Counted from the first letter of the stretch, positions 24,191-33,746 are shown. The stretch is DNA of 64,000 nucleotides from an uncultured Alphaproteobacteria bacterium (GCA_938083135.1 CALLKY010000012.1:986-64985), one strand, 5' to 3'. Program-made: numbers and translations. The notes: generated by a model not told the origin, from the sequence alone.

Positions 24191-26821
24191 TTAACTCGCT
24201 GGTTCGGCCGCAGCCGAATCTAGCGTTTCTACGTTAACGACCTTACCGCCAGCCACCTCAGCCGCACGGTCAAATCCTTTCAAATACTCGCCATCGCCTA
24301 CGGCCCAAACGACACCGCCAGGGGCTGCCGCCAGCACGCGATCAACGAGCGCATGCCGTGTCCGTGTGTCCATGCCATCTGTCGCGGCATTCAAGATCAG
24401 GATATCTGGCTGCTTGGCGAGCGCGCGCGCAATGGCGATCTTCTGGCGCTGTGTGCCAGATAGCCTGGACCCACCGATGCCAACCTGGAACTCCAGACCC
24501 GCGCCGACGATATCCCGGCGCAAGCCAAGCTCGTCCACGGTTTCGTCAATCAGGCGACCAACTGTTTCAGGACCTTCAGCTTGGCCATAAGCGATTTTAC
24601 CGAACAGGATATTATCCTGCACGGACGCCACGGCGTTGAACTCAGCAGGGTCAAAGAACTCGACAGCACCCGCCAGGTCTTCCGGCATATGCTCACGGAA
24701 GTGCTTGCGGGCCTCGATGACGCGTTCACGGATTTCGTCAGTGATAAGGCCTAAACGGTGACGGGCCGGGATGAGCTTGAACGGCAATGTCAGCAACATG
24801 GACCGTTCACGGTCATTCAGGGCTTCAGCGCCGCCGCGATCAAACTTCGCCACAATGATCTGATATTCCGGCAGATCTTCGGCCTTAATGAAGCTGTATT
24901 GCTCGAACAATGCGTCACCGGGCTCTACATCCGCGAACAATTCGAGCATCAGGGCGGCAGTTTCGCGACCAATGCCGAGTAAGTCTTCGGTCAGACCAAC
25001 TTCCTTGATCGTTGCAAGCACATAGGCGTGGTCGCCAAGCGCATCGACGTTCAGCTTGTCGGAGATCACCGTGCCGAACAGCAGGTTCTCTGCCAATGAG
25101 GCATTGTCGTTGTATTTTTCTGGGTCATAGGGCTCGACCAAATCTTCCAAGCTTTGCTCAGCGAGCAGTGCGCTCAATCGTGCCCGGGCCTCAAGAATGC
25201 GGTCGCTCAGGCCATCCCTGCCTGTCAGATCAACGGCACTGCGGAGGCCGTAGTCATAAACGGCACGAGTCAGATCGACCTCTTCCAGAAGGGCGATCAG
25301 GCGATCATCAGTCGTTGCGGTTTCGTCGACGCCAAGGGTTTTGTAATCGACCCAATCATCGTTGAAGTCTTCGTCAGTGTTACCCGCACGAGCGTTCTCC
25401 GCCATTTTTTCGGTACGGGCGGCGGTCTCTTCCTCATCAATTTCTGGCGTCGCCAAGGGGCGATGTTTCAGCCCGAATAGCAGGTTCGCTCGTACGCTAT
25501 CGGAGAAGAGATATGCGGCGGGGCCGACATAGGCCAAGCGTCGCCCTGTGCGAGCTTCCGTGAAGTCTGCCAGATCTTCGCCCGCAATCGCGACGCGGCC
25601 ACCTGTGGGTATCAGCAAGCGCGCGAGGAGGGCGGCGAGCTCGTCCTTGCCGCCGCCGGATGGGCCAGTCAGTGCCAAGCGTTCGCCTGCCTTGAATTCC
25701 AGGTTCAAGTTCTGGACAGGCGTCGAGGTTTCGTCTTCCTGATAGGTCAGGCTCTGCGCTGCGACTGTTGCATCCTTCGGGATGGGGCTGACGGACTCGG
25801 GCTCTTCCAGCTGCAGGCTTTCGTCCAGCATGCCGGGCGGATCGAACTGCTCGACGACCTGCTCGTATTTGATCCTGGCGTCCATGTATTGCTGATAGAA
25901 GGCCAGCAATTCTTTCCAGGGCGAGTTCATGTCTTTATGGGCGCTGATAACGCCGATAAGCGCGCCGATGGAAAGATTGCCCTCGATCACCAGATAACCG
26001 CCTATGAGATAGAACAGAAACGGCGTGAACTGGGCCAGCGTATTGTTGATGAACTTGATGATGAATTTACGCTGATAAATCTCAAAGCGAATGTCGTAGA
26101 TGCGGCCAAGGTGCATCGCGAATTCAGCGCGCATCAGGTTAGATGCATCGTTGGAATGCACTTCCTGGATGCCATTGATGCTTTCGCTGATGCGCTCAGA
26201 AACGCGCCGAACAGCTTGCACACGCCGCTTGCCGAGGGCGTTCACCTTCTTTTGCAGCTTTGGAATGATGTAGCCCTGGATCGGGAACATCGCCATTGCC
26301 GCACAGCCCATCATCCAATCCTGGACAATGATGAAGATCAGGAACGTGATCAGCATCCCAGCCTGGAAAACCGGCTGGGCAATCGCGTCACCAATGAAGC
26401 CGCCTAACGGCTCAACTTCCTGGGTGATCATCGGGATCACTTCACCCTGGGATACACGCTTGAAATGGGGCAGCGGGAACCTGAGCACCCGGCCATAAAG
26501 CGTATAGCGCAGGCGGCGCAGCATACGCTCACCCAGGCGGCCCTTGGATGAATTGATAAAGAACTTGAACCCGCCATTGATGATGACGAGCAGCAAAAAG
26601 CCGAAGCACATGAGTATGAGGAACGGTATCTGCTCGAACTCGAAACCAAGCACTTCCTTGGGGAAATCGCTCACACTGCCGCGAATCGCATCATTGACGA
26701 TGCGCTTCACAATATCCGGCTGGAGATAAATGAATGGGAATGCCGAACAGGTGACGATCAACAGAAATATCTGCTGCGCCTTGCTGTAGCGGAATATGAA
26801 GCCGTATATCGTGCGGTCCAT
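24191..26821 (-). CDS. ABC exporter-like protein: type I transmembrane domain plus an expanded, motif-degenerate nucleotide-binding domain
   Basis: 876 aa. The N-terminal ~330 aa look like an ABC_membrane domain. The NBD landmarks are GPSGGGKD (Walker A-like, aa 385-392), LSGTQRQKIAIARAL (signature, aa 787 onward) and ILILNAATDGMD (Walker B position). Confidence 0.8.
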   Translation of the reverse strand: MDRTIYGFIFRYSKAQQIFLLIVTCSAFPFIYLQPDIVKRIVNDAIRGSVSDFPKEVLGFEFEQIPFLILMCFGFLLLVIINGGFKFFINSSKGRLGERMLRRLRYTLYGRVLRFPLPHFKRVSQGEVIPMITQEVEPLGGFIGDAIAQPVFQAGMLITFLIFIIVQDWMMGCAAMAMFPIQGYIIPKLQKKVNALGKRRVQAVRRVSERISESINGIQEVHSNDASNLMRAEFAMHLGRIYDIRFEIYQRKFIIKFINNTLAQFTPFLFYLIGGYLVIEGNLSIGALIGVISAHKDMNSPWKELLAFYQQYMDARIKYEQVVEQFDPPGMLDESLQLEEPESVSPIPKDATVAAQSLTYQEDETSTPVQNLNLEFKAGERLALTGPSGGGKDELAALLARLLIPTGGRVAIAGEDLADFTEARTGRRLAYVGPAAYLFSDSVRANLLFGLKHRPLATPEIDEEETAARTEKMAENARAGNTDEDFNDDWVDYKTLGVDETATTDDRLIALLEEVDLTRAVYDYGLRSAVDLTGRDGLSDRILEARARLSALLAEQSLEDLVEPYDPEKYNDNASLAENLLFGTVISDKLNVDALGDHAYVLATIKEVGLTEDLLGIGRETAALMLELFADVEPGDALFEQYSFIKAEDLPEYQIIVAKFDRGGAEALNDRERSMLLTLPFKLIPARHRLGLITDEIRERVIEARKHFREHMPEDLAGAVEFFDPAEFNAVASVQDNILFGKIAYGQAEGPETVGRLIDETVDELGLRRDIVGAGLEFQVGIGGSRLSGTQRQKIAIARALAKQPDILILNAATDGMDTRTRHALVDRVLAAAPGGVVWAVGDGEYLKGFDRAAEVAGGKVVNVETLDSAAAEPAS
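24599..25543 (-). repeat. three tandem copies (protein level) of the Q-loop/helical-subdomain module inside the ABC-like NBD
   Basis: The motif N(L/I)LFG occurs at aa 446, 579 and 737. VEPYDPEKYNDNASLAENLLFG (aa 562-583) parallels VEFFDPAEFNAVASVQDNILFG (aa 720-741). Each copy is followed by an (E/D)(V/E)xL...GL segment. Confidence 0.6.
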
Positions 26822-27001
26822 ACCGACCCTGTTCGATGTCCCCCCGGACGACGCCGCGCGCCGTCAGCCGGGGTGAATCTAGCGGACTAAGTTCCCCGGG
26901 TAAACGTTTAACCTTATGGCGCTATTGAAGTTCACACGATTGACGGCCAATAGTGTGATCGAGGCCCGGTTCTCAACCCTGACACAAACGCGAGCGGCGC
27001 A

Positions 27002-28402
27002 ATGTCTGAAGCCAACAAACCGCACAAAGAAGCTGCCTCACCGGCGGATGCGGACGGCGTTTCAAAGGATGATACGCCTCTCCCGATTACAGAGGGGCCA
27101 GCGGAGCTAGATGAAGCTGCACCGGTTGAAGCAAAGCCTCTGCTGCGCCGCCGGGTCGCCCGAACAGCAAAGCGATCCTTGGCCGACACACCGGCGTTTT
27201 TGCGATACGTGATTCAGCGATTTATTGAAGATAGAGGGCTGCAAACGGCTTCATCCCTGACATACACGTCTTTGTTGGGGCTTGTGCCGATCATTGCCGT
27301 GTTCCTGGCAATTCTATCTGCCTTCCCGGCGCTTGAGGGTGCCAGGGACCAAGTGAAGGAGATGATTTTAGCGCCCTTGGCCCCTGGGGCTGGCGAGACC
27401 GTCCGTAACGCGCTGGAGACTTTCCTCGACAATGCCAAGGGCCTTGGGACCATGGGCGTGATCGGCATTGCCGTTACGTCTATCCTGATGCTGAACACGA
27501 TTGAAAGCACACTGAATGGCATCTGGCGGGTTGTGCTGCGACGACCACTCGGCTTGAAGTTGATCGTGTTCTGGGCGCTCTTGACACTGCCGCCGCTTTT
27601 GATCGCCGCCAGCCTGTCTCTCTCCAGCTACTTCTTTGATGTGGCAAGCCGGGTGGATGTCTTCGGCATTGCTGACATTATGGAGCAGGTGACGCCGTTC
27701 TTGATGCAAGCGGTGGCGTTTACATTCTTATTTGCTGCCACACCGAATCGTCGTGTCCGAATCCGGGACGCAATGCGCGGTGGATTGGTGGCATCCCTGC
27801 TATTCGGGTGCCTGAAGGCAGGGTTCGGATTTTACGTGGCGTCCGCCACCAGCAACCAAACGATTTATGGCGCACTTGCTGCTGTTCCGGTCTTCCTATT
27901 GTGGATTTATCTGTCCTGGATGGTGATCCTGATCGGTGCGGAGGTTGCTGCCGCCCTGCCGGAATGGCGTGGTGTGCTTGCGGCAGAGCAACGCCGCCGG
28001 CTGACCTCTGGCGAGCGGCTCGTCGCTGCCGTCGGTATATTGAAGGTGTTGTGGCGGGCGAGCCTGGAGGGCAGGGCTGTCGATCGGGATGATATTGAAA
28101 GCGTCTTGCCGGGAAGTACAGCCGATCTCGGCGCCGTTGTCGGGCGCTTGATCCAACTTAATCACGTCGTCGTCACGGAAAATGGCGGCTTGGCATTAGC
28201 GTCTGACCTGGATGAGGTCTCGCTCTACGCCCTTCAGCGGGAACTCGGACTGGCGCTAGAGGAAACTGAGCAATTCCATGATGCCATCGCCAATGAGGCA
28301 CCAGATCTGAACGTCCCAGAACTGGCGGCCCTCATGGCTGAAGCTGAAGCCGCCAAGGCCAAGATTATGGCGCGGTCAATTAAGCGCTTAGCCGACCATT
28401 AG
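27002..28402 (+). CDS. YihY/BrkB family membrane protein with N- and C-terminal extensions
   Basis: The core has LTYTSLLGLVPIIAV..., multiple TM segments and IYGALAAVPVFLLWIYLSWMVILIGAEV. There is an acidic N-terminal tail of about 60 aa and a soluble C-terminal tail of about 130 aa. Confidence 0.8.
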   Translation: MSEANKPHKEAASPADADGVSKDDTPLPITEGPAELDEAAPVEAKPLLRRRVARTAKRSLADTPAFLRYVIQRFIEDRGLQTASSLTYTSLLGLVPIIAVFLAILSAFPALEGARDQVKEMILAPLAPGAGETVRNALETFLDNAKGLGTMGVIGIAVTSILMLNTIESTLNGIWRVVLRRPLGLKLIVFWALLTLPPLLIAASLSLSSYFFDVASRVDVFGIADIMEQVTPFLMQAVAFTFLFAATPNRRVRIRDAMRGGLVASLLFGCLKAGFGFYVASATSNQTIYGALAAVPVFLLWIYLSWMVILIGAEVAAALPEWRGVLAAEQRRRLTSGERLVAAVGILKVLWRASLEGRAVDRDDIESVLPGSTADLGAVVGRLIQLNHVVVTENGGLALASDLDEVSLYALQRELGLALEETEQFHDAIANEAPDLNVPELAALMAEAEAAKAKIMARSIKRLADH

Positions 28403-28412
28403 TCACCTGTCG

Positions 28413-29477
28413 TTAGTCACCAGTCACGAACGGCCAAAGTTCATCGGCACCGCGGGCGGCGACCATGCGGCCGAGCATGATGGCCCAATGGCTTTCATTG
28501 CCGAACTCATCCCGCCATGCCCAAAGGCGGCGGGTGGCGTGGTGTAAGCTGTGCTCATAGGTGAAGCCCATAGCGCCGTGGGTTTGGTGGGCGATGGCGG
28601 CACCGCGGGTGGCGGCCTCACCGACACGGGTTTTGGCGGCGGCGATTTCAGCCAGTGCGCCGGTGCCCAATCCGCCTTTGCGCGATACGGCTTCCGCTGC
28701 AGCATCTGCGGCAGCGCCGGCAGCAGCTGCTTCGCCAGCAAGTTCGGCGAGGCCATGTTGAACCGCCTGGAACTTACCGATAGGGCGGCCAAACTGGCTG
28801 CGTTCCAGCGAATATTGCACCGATTGATCTAGAATTTTCTCAAGCCCGCCTGCCATCTGCATGGACCGGACGGCAGCACCCATGGCGACCAATGCGGCTT
28901 CATCCAAGCCATCTGGCGCGGAGGCAGTCGCGATGGCTTTTGCGCCATCAAAGGATACTTCGTCCGCTGGCTCGCCAGCCAGATTGATGTTCTCGCGGAT
29001 CGCGCAATCAGCCCGTTTCACAAGTGCGACGACTGCCTTATCGCCGTCGCGCGCCAGAACGGCGATATGGTCGGCATTGCGCCCAAAAGGAATGTGCCGT
29101 GCGGTCCCAGTAAGCACACCATCCGCCGAAATCGCGATCCGGGCCTCCGCCTGGGTAGGTGCAATGGTCATTGGGCCGGTGGGCATTTGCAGTTTGGCGT
29201 GGCTCAACATCCAGGCTGCCAGCAAGGTGTCTGCCATGGGGGCTGGAACGGAAAACCGGCCTGCGGTTTTCAGCAGCGCAAACCCGTCCAGCATATCAAC
29301 GCCAGCGCCGCCAAGCGCTTCGTCGCCCCAAGCTAGGGTGAGGCCGGATTCTTCCAGCGTGTTCCACAGGTCCGTCGGCCATTCGCCAGCTTCAGCGGCG
29401 TTGATAACGCCGGGTTCCGACATGTCCTGGAAAATCCGGGTTGCGGCGTCGACGATCAGATTGTCTTCGTTGCTCAT
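28413..29477 (-). CDS. acyl-CoA dehydrogenase family protein (short, possible beta-type subunit)
   Basis: 354-aa protein with the ACAD fold, including ...RSQFGRPIGKFQAVQHGLAE.... It is adjacent to a longer ACAD paralog. Confidence 0.8.
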   Translation of the reverse strand: MSNEDNLIVDAATRIFQDMSEPGVINAAEAGEWPTDLWNTLEESGLTLAWGDEALGGAGVDMLDGFALLKTAGRFSVPAPMADTLLAAWMLSHAKLQMPTGPMTIAPTQAEARIAISADGVLTGTARHIPFGRNADHIAVLARDGDKAVVALVKRADCAIRENINLAGEPADEVSFDGAKAIATASAPDGLDEAALVAMGAAVRSMQMAGGLEKILDQSVQYSLERSQFGRPIGKFQAVQHGLAELAGEAAAAGAAADAAAEAVSRKGGLGTGALAEIAAAKTRVGEAATRGAAIAHQTHGAMGFTYEHSLHHATRRLWAWRDEFGNESHWAIMLGRMVAARGADELWPFVTGD

Positions 29478-29501
29478 GATATTTGCCTGAATCTTAATAT
29501 G

Positions 29502-30674
29502 TTAGCGAAGGCCAAGCTGGCGCGCGACGATGCCGCGCAGCACTTCATTAGTGCCGCCGCGAATGGTGGAGGAGGGAACGCGCAACAGGCCTTCAGCCAT
29601 GGTGCGGGCGAAATCATCTGTCGATTGCCCAAGCGGCTCAGTCGGTTGGACCTGCCGGATATCATTCAGCAGCGTGCTTTCGTAGCGGGTGCCGATATCT
29701 TTCACGAGTGCGGCTTCCACGGTGGGGGACCCGCCTTCCTGTAATAGCCCAGACACCCCAAGCGACATGCGCCGCAGTGATTTCAGTCGCGCAACGGATT
29801 GGCCAAGCATTAGGGCTTCGCGATCATCGGGCTCATTGCCGATTTTGCGCGCAGCTTCAGTTAACACGATTGCGGAAGACAGGAAGCGTTCGGGGCCAGA
29901 GCGTTCCAGCCCAAGCTCACTTGTGACCTGGTGCCAACCGTCGCCCTCTTCGCCAAGCAGGCAGTCGTCTGGAACGAAAGCGTCCGTGAAGTGGGTTTCG
30001 TTGAAATGCTCATCGCCGGCCATGTTTTTGATGCTGCGAATTTCGATGCCGGGAATGGACAGATCAATCAGGAACTGGCTCAAGCCTTCATGACGGTTCT
30101 TTTCGTCCCGGGTGCCGCCGGTGCGGACCGTTGCGATCATGTAGTGGCAGAAATGCGCGCCGGAGGACCATATTTTTGTGCCGTTGATCTTGTAACCGCC
30201 ATCCACTTTTGTCGCTGTTGTTCGGAGTGATGCCAGATCGGACCCAGAGCCCGGCTCACTCATACCAATGGCAAAGTGGCACTCGCCAGCGGCGATACGT
30301 GGCAGGATGGTTTTCTTCTGCTCTTCCGTGCCGTTCTTCAGGATCATGGGGCCGGACTGACGGTCTGCCACCCAGTGGGCGGAGACCGGGGCACCTGCAG
30401 CGAGCAATTCTTCCGTCACCACATAGCGCTCCATGCTGGAACGCTCATGGCCGCCATATTGCTTCGGCCAGGTCATGCCAAGCCAGCCTTTTTGGCCAAG
30501 TTTCCGACTGAACTCCAGATCGACGCCGAAGCCCCAACCATCTGCGACAGGCACGAACCCGCCAGAGGCTTTTTCAGCCGCCAGAAAGTCACGCACTTCC
30601 TGCTGTAGAGCCTTCAGTTCAGGCGTGAATTCCACATCTGGAAAGCGAAAGGCGTTGCTAGACATATCGGGCAT
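29502..30674 (-). CDS. acyl-CoA dehydrogenase
   Basis: FAIGMSEPGSGSDLASL, KINGTKIWSSGAH and IRGGTNEVLRGIVAR are canonical ACAD motifs. The start is the ATG at 30674 (alternative 30665). Confidence 0.85.
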   Translation of the reverse strand: MPDMSSNAFRFPDVEFTPELKALQQEVRDFLAAEKASGGFVPVADGWGFGVDLEFSRKLGQKGWLGMTWPKQYGGHERSSMERYVVTEELLAAGAPVSAHWVADRQSGPMILKNGTEEQKKTILPRIAAGECHFAIGMSEPGSGSDLASLRTTATKVDGGYKINGTKIWSSGAHFCHYMIATVRTGGTRDEKNRHEGLSQFLIDLSIPGIEIRSIKNMAGDEHFNETHFTDAFVPDDCLLGEEGDGWHQVTSELGLERSGPERFLSSAIVLTEAARKIGNEPDDREALMLGQSVARLKSLRRMSLGVSGLLQEGGSPTVEAALVKDIGTRYESTLLNDIRQVQPTEPLGQSTDDFARTMAEGLLRVPSSTIRGGTNEVLRGIVARQLGLR

Positions 30675-30736
30675 GCTCCAAAGGTAAACGATCAAATAGA
30701 GATTAGGCGAAGCCCGCGCGCTGTCCAAGGGGTGCG

Positions 30737-31672
30737 TTATTGCGTCCGGGGTGCTGCCCGGCCGCCGCCGGCTGCTTCGTCGGCCATTTCAAGTAGCCAG
30801 TCGCGGAACGTCGTTGCCGCGCGGGTTTCTGCCGTGCTTGGGGTCATGATGATCCAGTAGGCGTAGTCTGCCGGGCGGACGATTTCGAATGGTCGCACCA
30901 GCAGGCCTTGTGTCAATGCGTCATCAACCAGTGCGCTCCTCCCAATTGCGATGCCCTGGCCCTGAATGGCGGCCTGGTTGATCAGGATGGTTTCGGTGTA
31001 ACTGGGCCCTGGCGGTGGGGGGCGGTCAATCCCGGCAAGTGCAAACCAAGGTGCCCATGCATTCCAAGGCTCCCCCGGATGGTTCAGCAGATCATGGATC
31101 AGCGGATGATCATCAATGTCCTTCAACCGGCGGAGCGGGGTGGGGCCGTTGACCAACGCTGGGCTGCATACGGGATACAGGTCTTCTTCCAGGAAGGGTT
31201 CTGATTGCAGGCCATCAATCACAGCGCCAACTCCATAGCGGATCGCCATATCAGCCTCCCCCCTACGGATATCGGCATTGCGGGGATTGGCGTCGACCAG
31301 GATGTCGATGTCGGGGTAGCGGCGGCGGAAGTCTGGCAGGCGCGTGTTCAGCCAGCCGAACGCGAACGACGCCAGCATTGATACGCGCAGGCGGGAGCGC
31401 GGCTGCATTCCAGCACGGGCGTTCGCTGTGGCCTCCAGGATGCGCGCAAACCCGTCAGCCAGACCAGGCGCGTAAGCGGAGCCGATATCTGTCAGCGCCA
31501 AATTACGCCCGGCGCGGCGGAACAATTCCTCGCCTAAATCATCCTCCAGCGCCCGAATTTGCTGGCTGACAGCGGCAGGCGTGACGGAAAGTTCCTCTGC
31601 GGCTCGCTTGAAGGACCCAAGGCGTGCTGCGGCTTCGAAGGCGCGCAGGGAGGTAAGAGATGGTAGTCGCAT
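30737..31672 (-). CDS. LysR-family transcriptional regulator (GcvA-like)
   Basis: It has the N-terminal HTH LRAFEAAARLGSFKRAAEELSVTPAAVSQQIRALE and is 311 aa. Confidence 0.9.
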   Translation of the reverse strand: MRLPSLTSLRAFEAAARLGSFKRAAEELSVTPAAVSQQIRALEDDLGEELFRRAGRNLALTDIGSAYAPGLADGFARILEATANARAGMQPRSRLRVSMLASFAFGWLNTRLPDFRRRYPDIDILVDANPRNADIRRGEADMAIRYGVGAVIDGLQSEPFLEEDLYPVCSPALVNGPTPLRRLKDIDDHPLIHDLLNHPGEPWNAWAPWFALAGIDRPPPPGPSYTETILINQAAIQGQGIAIGRSALVDDALTQGLLVRPFEIVRPADYAYWIIMTPSTAETRAATTFRDWLLEMADEAAGGGRAAPRTQ

Positions 31673-31807
31673 GTTCCACTCATTAGAAAAACTACACCAA
31701 TATATAAGAACATATCGTTTTTCATGGGCAATATCTAATGCTAAATGTTATCTCCAAGCAGGGTTCCCTACTTGGCACGTTCAATCAGCCTTAAGGAGGC
31801 GCTTCTC

Positions 31808-32065
31808 ATGTCTATCGTGCTTTCATTCCGTGGACCATCTTCACCCGCAAGCCCAGCAGCTGCAACGCAGGTTACAGCGAAGCGTCCGGGCATTCGTATT
31901 GGGCAGAAGGCTGTCAGCGCGCTTTGGGCTTGGAAAACGCGCCTTCGCAACCGTGCCGAACTCCGCGCCTTGATGGAGCGGGCCGATGACCGCATGCTTG
32001 CTGATGTTGGCCTAACCCGTGCTCAAGTGGCGGATGAGGCCGGGCGTCCATTCTGGCAGGGCTGA
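31808..32065 (+). CDS. DUF1127 domain small protein
   Basis: The C-terminal signature is LRALMERADDRMLADVGLTRAQV. The ATG at 31808 is preceded by AAGGAGG. Confidence 0.8.
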   Translation: MSIVLSFRGPSSPASPAAATQVTAKRPGIRIGQKAVSALWAWKTRLRNRAELRALMERADDRMLADVGLTRAQVADEAGRPFWQG

Positions 32066-32069
32066 TTCC

Positions 32070-32738
32070 ATGGCTGAATTTCTGCTGCATATCGGCAATC
32101 GCAACTACTCCAGCTGGTCACTTCGCGGCTGGCTGGCCTGCCGCCTTGCCGGTATCGATTTCGACGAACACATAATCCCGCTTGATTTGGCCAGTACGGC
32201 AAAAAACATTGCTGCTGTCAGTCCAAACCAGCGCGTGCCATGCCTGTTTCACAACGATATTGTTGTTTGGGATAGCTTGGCGATCGCGGAATATCTGGCG
32301 GAATTGAACCTGGACGTCGCGATGTGGCCGAAAGATCAGGCGGCCCGGGCGATGGCGCGCAGTATGGCCGCGGAAATGCATTCCTCATACATGGGCATCC
32401 GTAACCGTTGCCCGATGGATATGCGCGGCAAGGTCGATCCAATCCAGATGCCCGATGACGTCGCCCGTGATGTGGCACGCCTTGATGCGGCGTGGAGCAA
32501 TGCACGCGCAAAGTTTGGTGCTGGCGGGCCGTATCTCTTTGGCGAGTGGAGCCTGGCGGATTGTTTCTTTGCGCCCGCGGTCAGCCGTTGCCGAACCTAT
32601 GGCTTGCCGCTGAGTGATGTTTCTGCAGCATATGTGAAGGCGGTTCTGGCGCATCCTGATGTTTCCTGGTGGGCCGCGCGCGGCGCAGAGGAGACGTGGA
32701 CGATCCCCCATGAAGATGCGTCCGAGCAGAAATTCTAA
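32070..32738 (+). CDS. glutathione S-transferase family protein
   Basis: It has the thioredoxin-like N-terminus LHIGNRNYSSWSLRGWL...VPCLFHNDIVVWDSLAIAEYL and a helical C-terminal domain. Confidence 0.85.
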   Translation: MAEFLLHIGNRNYSSWSLRGWLACRLAGIDFDEHIIPLDLASTAKNIAAVSPNQRVPCLFHNDIVVWDSLAIAEYLAELNLDVAMWPKDQAARAMARSMAAEMHSSYMGIRNRCPMDMRGKVDPIQMPDDVARDVARLDAAWSNARAKFGAGGPYLFGEWSLADCFFAPAVSRCRTYGLPLSDVSAAYVKAVLAHPDVSWWAARGAEETWTIPHEDASEQKF

Positions 32739-32831
32739 GTAAACGCCTCTGATCTCCCTCTCGCCTTTTTAGGTGATCTGCGCGAAAGTGTGGATCATCT
32801 GAACGATCAAACTTTGAGGGGGAAAAAGCCC

Positions 32832-33686
32832 ATGCGTTTTGTAACATTCCAGGATGGCGGGGCCGAGAAAATCGGCGTGCGCCAAGGCGATAGCATCATT
32901 GATGTCTCCGCCGCCGCCGCTGCATTCGGTGGCGACATGATCGGCGTGATCAAAGGCGGTGACGCCGCTAAAGCTGCACTCGCCAAAGCCGCTGAAGGTG
33001 GTGCTGGCAAGCCGATGGCAGACGTCAAATTGCTGCCGCCGATCCCGAATCCTGGCAAGATCCTGTGCATTGGCCGCAACTACGCTGCCCATGCTGCTGA
33101 AGGTGGGGCAGCCCCCCCGACATATCCTGAAGTTTTCGTGCGTTTCCCATCATCATTGGTTGCCCATGGCGAGCCGCTGGTGGTGCCGAACGCATCTGAC
33201 AAGTTCGATTTTGAAGGCGAGCTGGTTCTGGTTGTCGGCAAAACGGGCCGCCATGTTTCAGAAGCTGACGCACTTTCGATGGTCTACGGCTGGTCGCTCT
33301 TCAACGATGGCAGCGTGCGCGACTATCAGCGCAAAGCCAGCCAGTGGACGATGGGCAAGAATTATGACGGCACGGGCGGGTTCGGCCCCGATATTGTGAC
33401 GGCCGATGAAGTCTCCCCAGGTGCCATGGAATTGCAGCTGAAGACGACCGTATCTGGCGACGTTATGCAAAACGCCAATACCCGTGATCTGCTCTTCCCG
33501 GTCGCTAAAATGATCTACCACTTGACCGAAGTGATGACGCTACATGCTGGCGATATTATCGCGACCGGCACGCCAGAAGGCGTTGGTTACGCGCGCAAGC
33601 CGCCGCGCTTCCTCGTCGCCGGTGATACGGTTGACGTTGAGGTCGAGCAGGTTGGCGTTCTGACCAACCCTGTCGTCCACGAATAG
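32832..33686 (+). CDS. fumarylacetoacetate hydrolase (FAH) family protein
   Basis: The motifs are KILCIGRNYAAHAAE, FEGELVLVVGK and GDIIATGTPEGVG. Confidence 0.9.
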   Translation: MRFVTFQDGGAEKIGVRQGDSIIDVSAAAAAFGGDMIGVIKGGDAAKAALAKAAEGGAGKPMADVKLLPPIPNPGKILCIGRNYAAHAAEGGAAPPTYPEVFVRFPSSLVAHGEPLVVPNASDKFDFEGELVLVVGKTGRHVSEADALSMVYGWSLFNDGSVRDYQRKASQWTMGKNYDGTGGFGPDIVTADEVSPGAMELQLKTTVSGDVMQNANTRDLLFPVAKMIYHLTEVMTLHAGDIIATGTPEGVGYARKPPRFLVAGDTVDVEVEQVGVLTNPVVHE

Positions 33687-33691
33687 AGCCT

Positions 33692-33746
33692 GAGAGACGG
33701 AGAGGGCGGGCAGATTATGCTCTGCTCTCTCCCCCCTTTTTTTACG
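33692..33746 (+). terminator. imperfect hairpin followed by a T7 run
   Basis: GAGAGACGGAGAG pairs imperfectly with CTCTGCTCTCTC and is followed by CCCCCC TTTTTTT (33739-33745). It lies right after the FAH stop codon. Confidence 0.45.
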
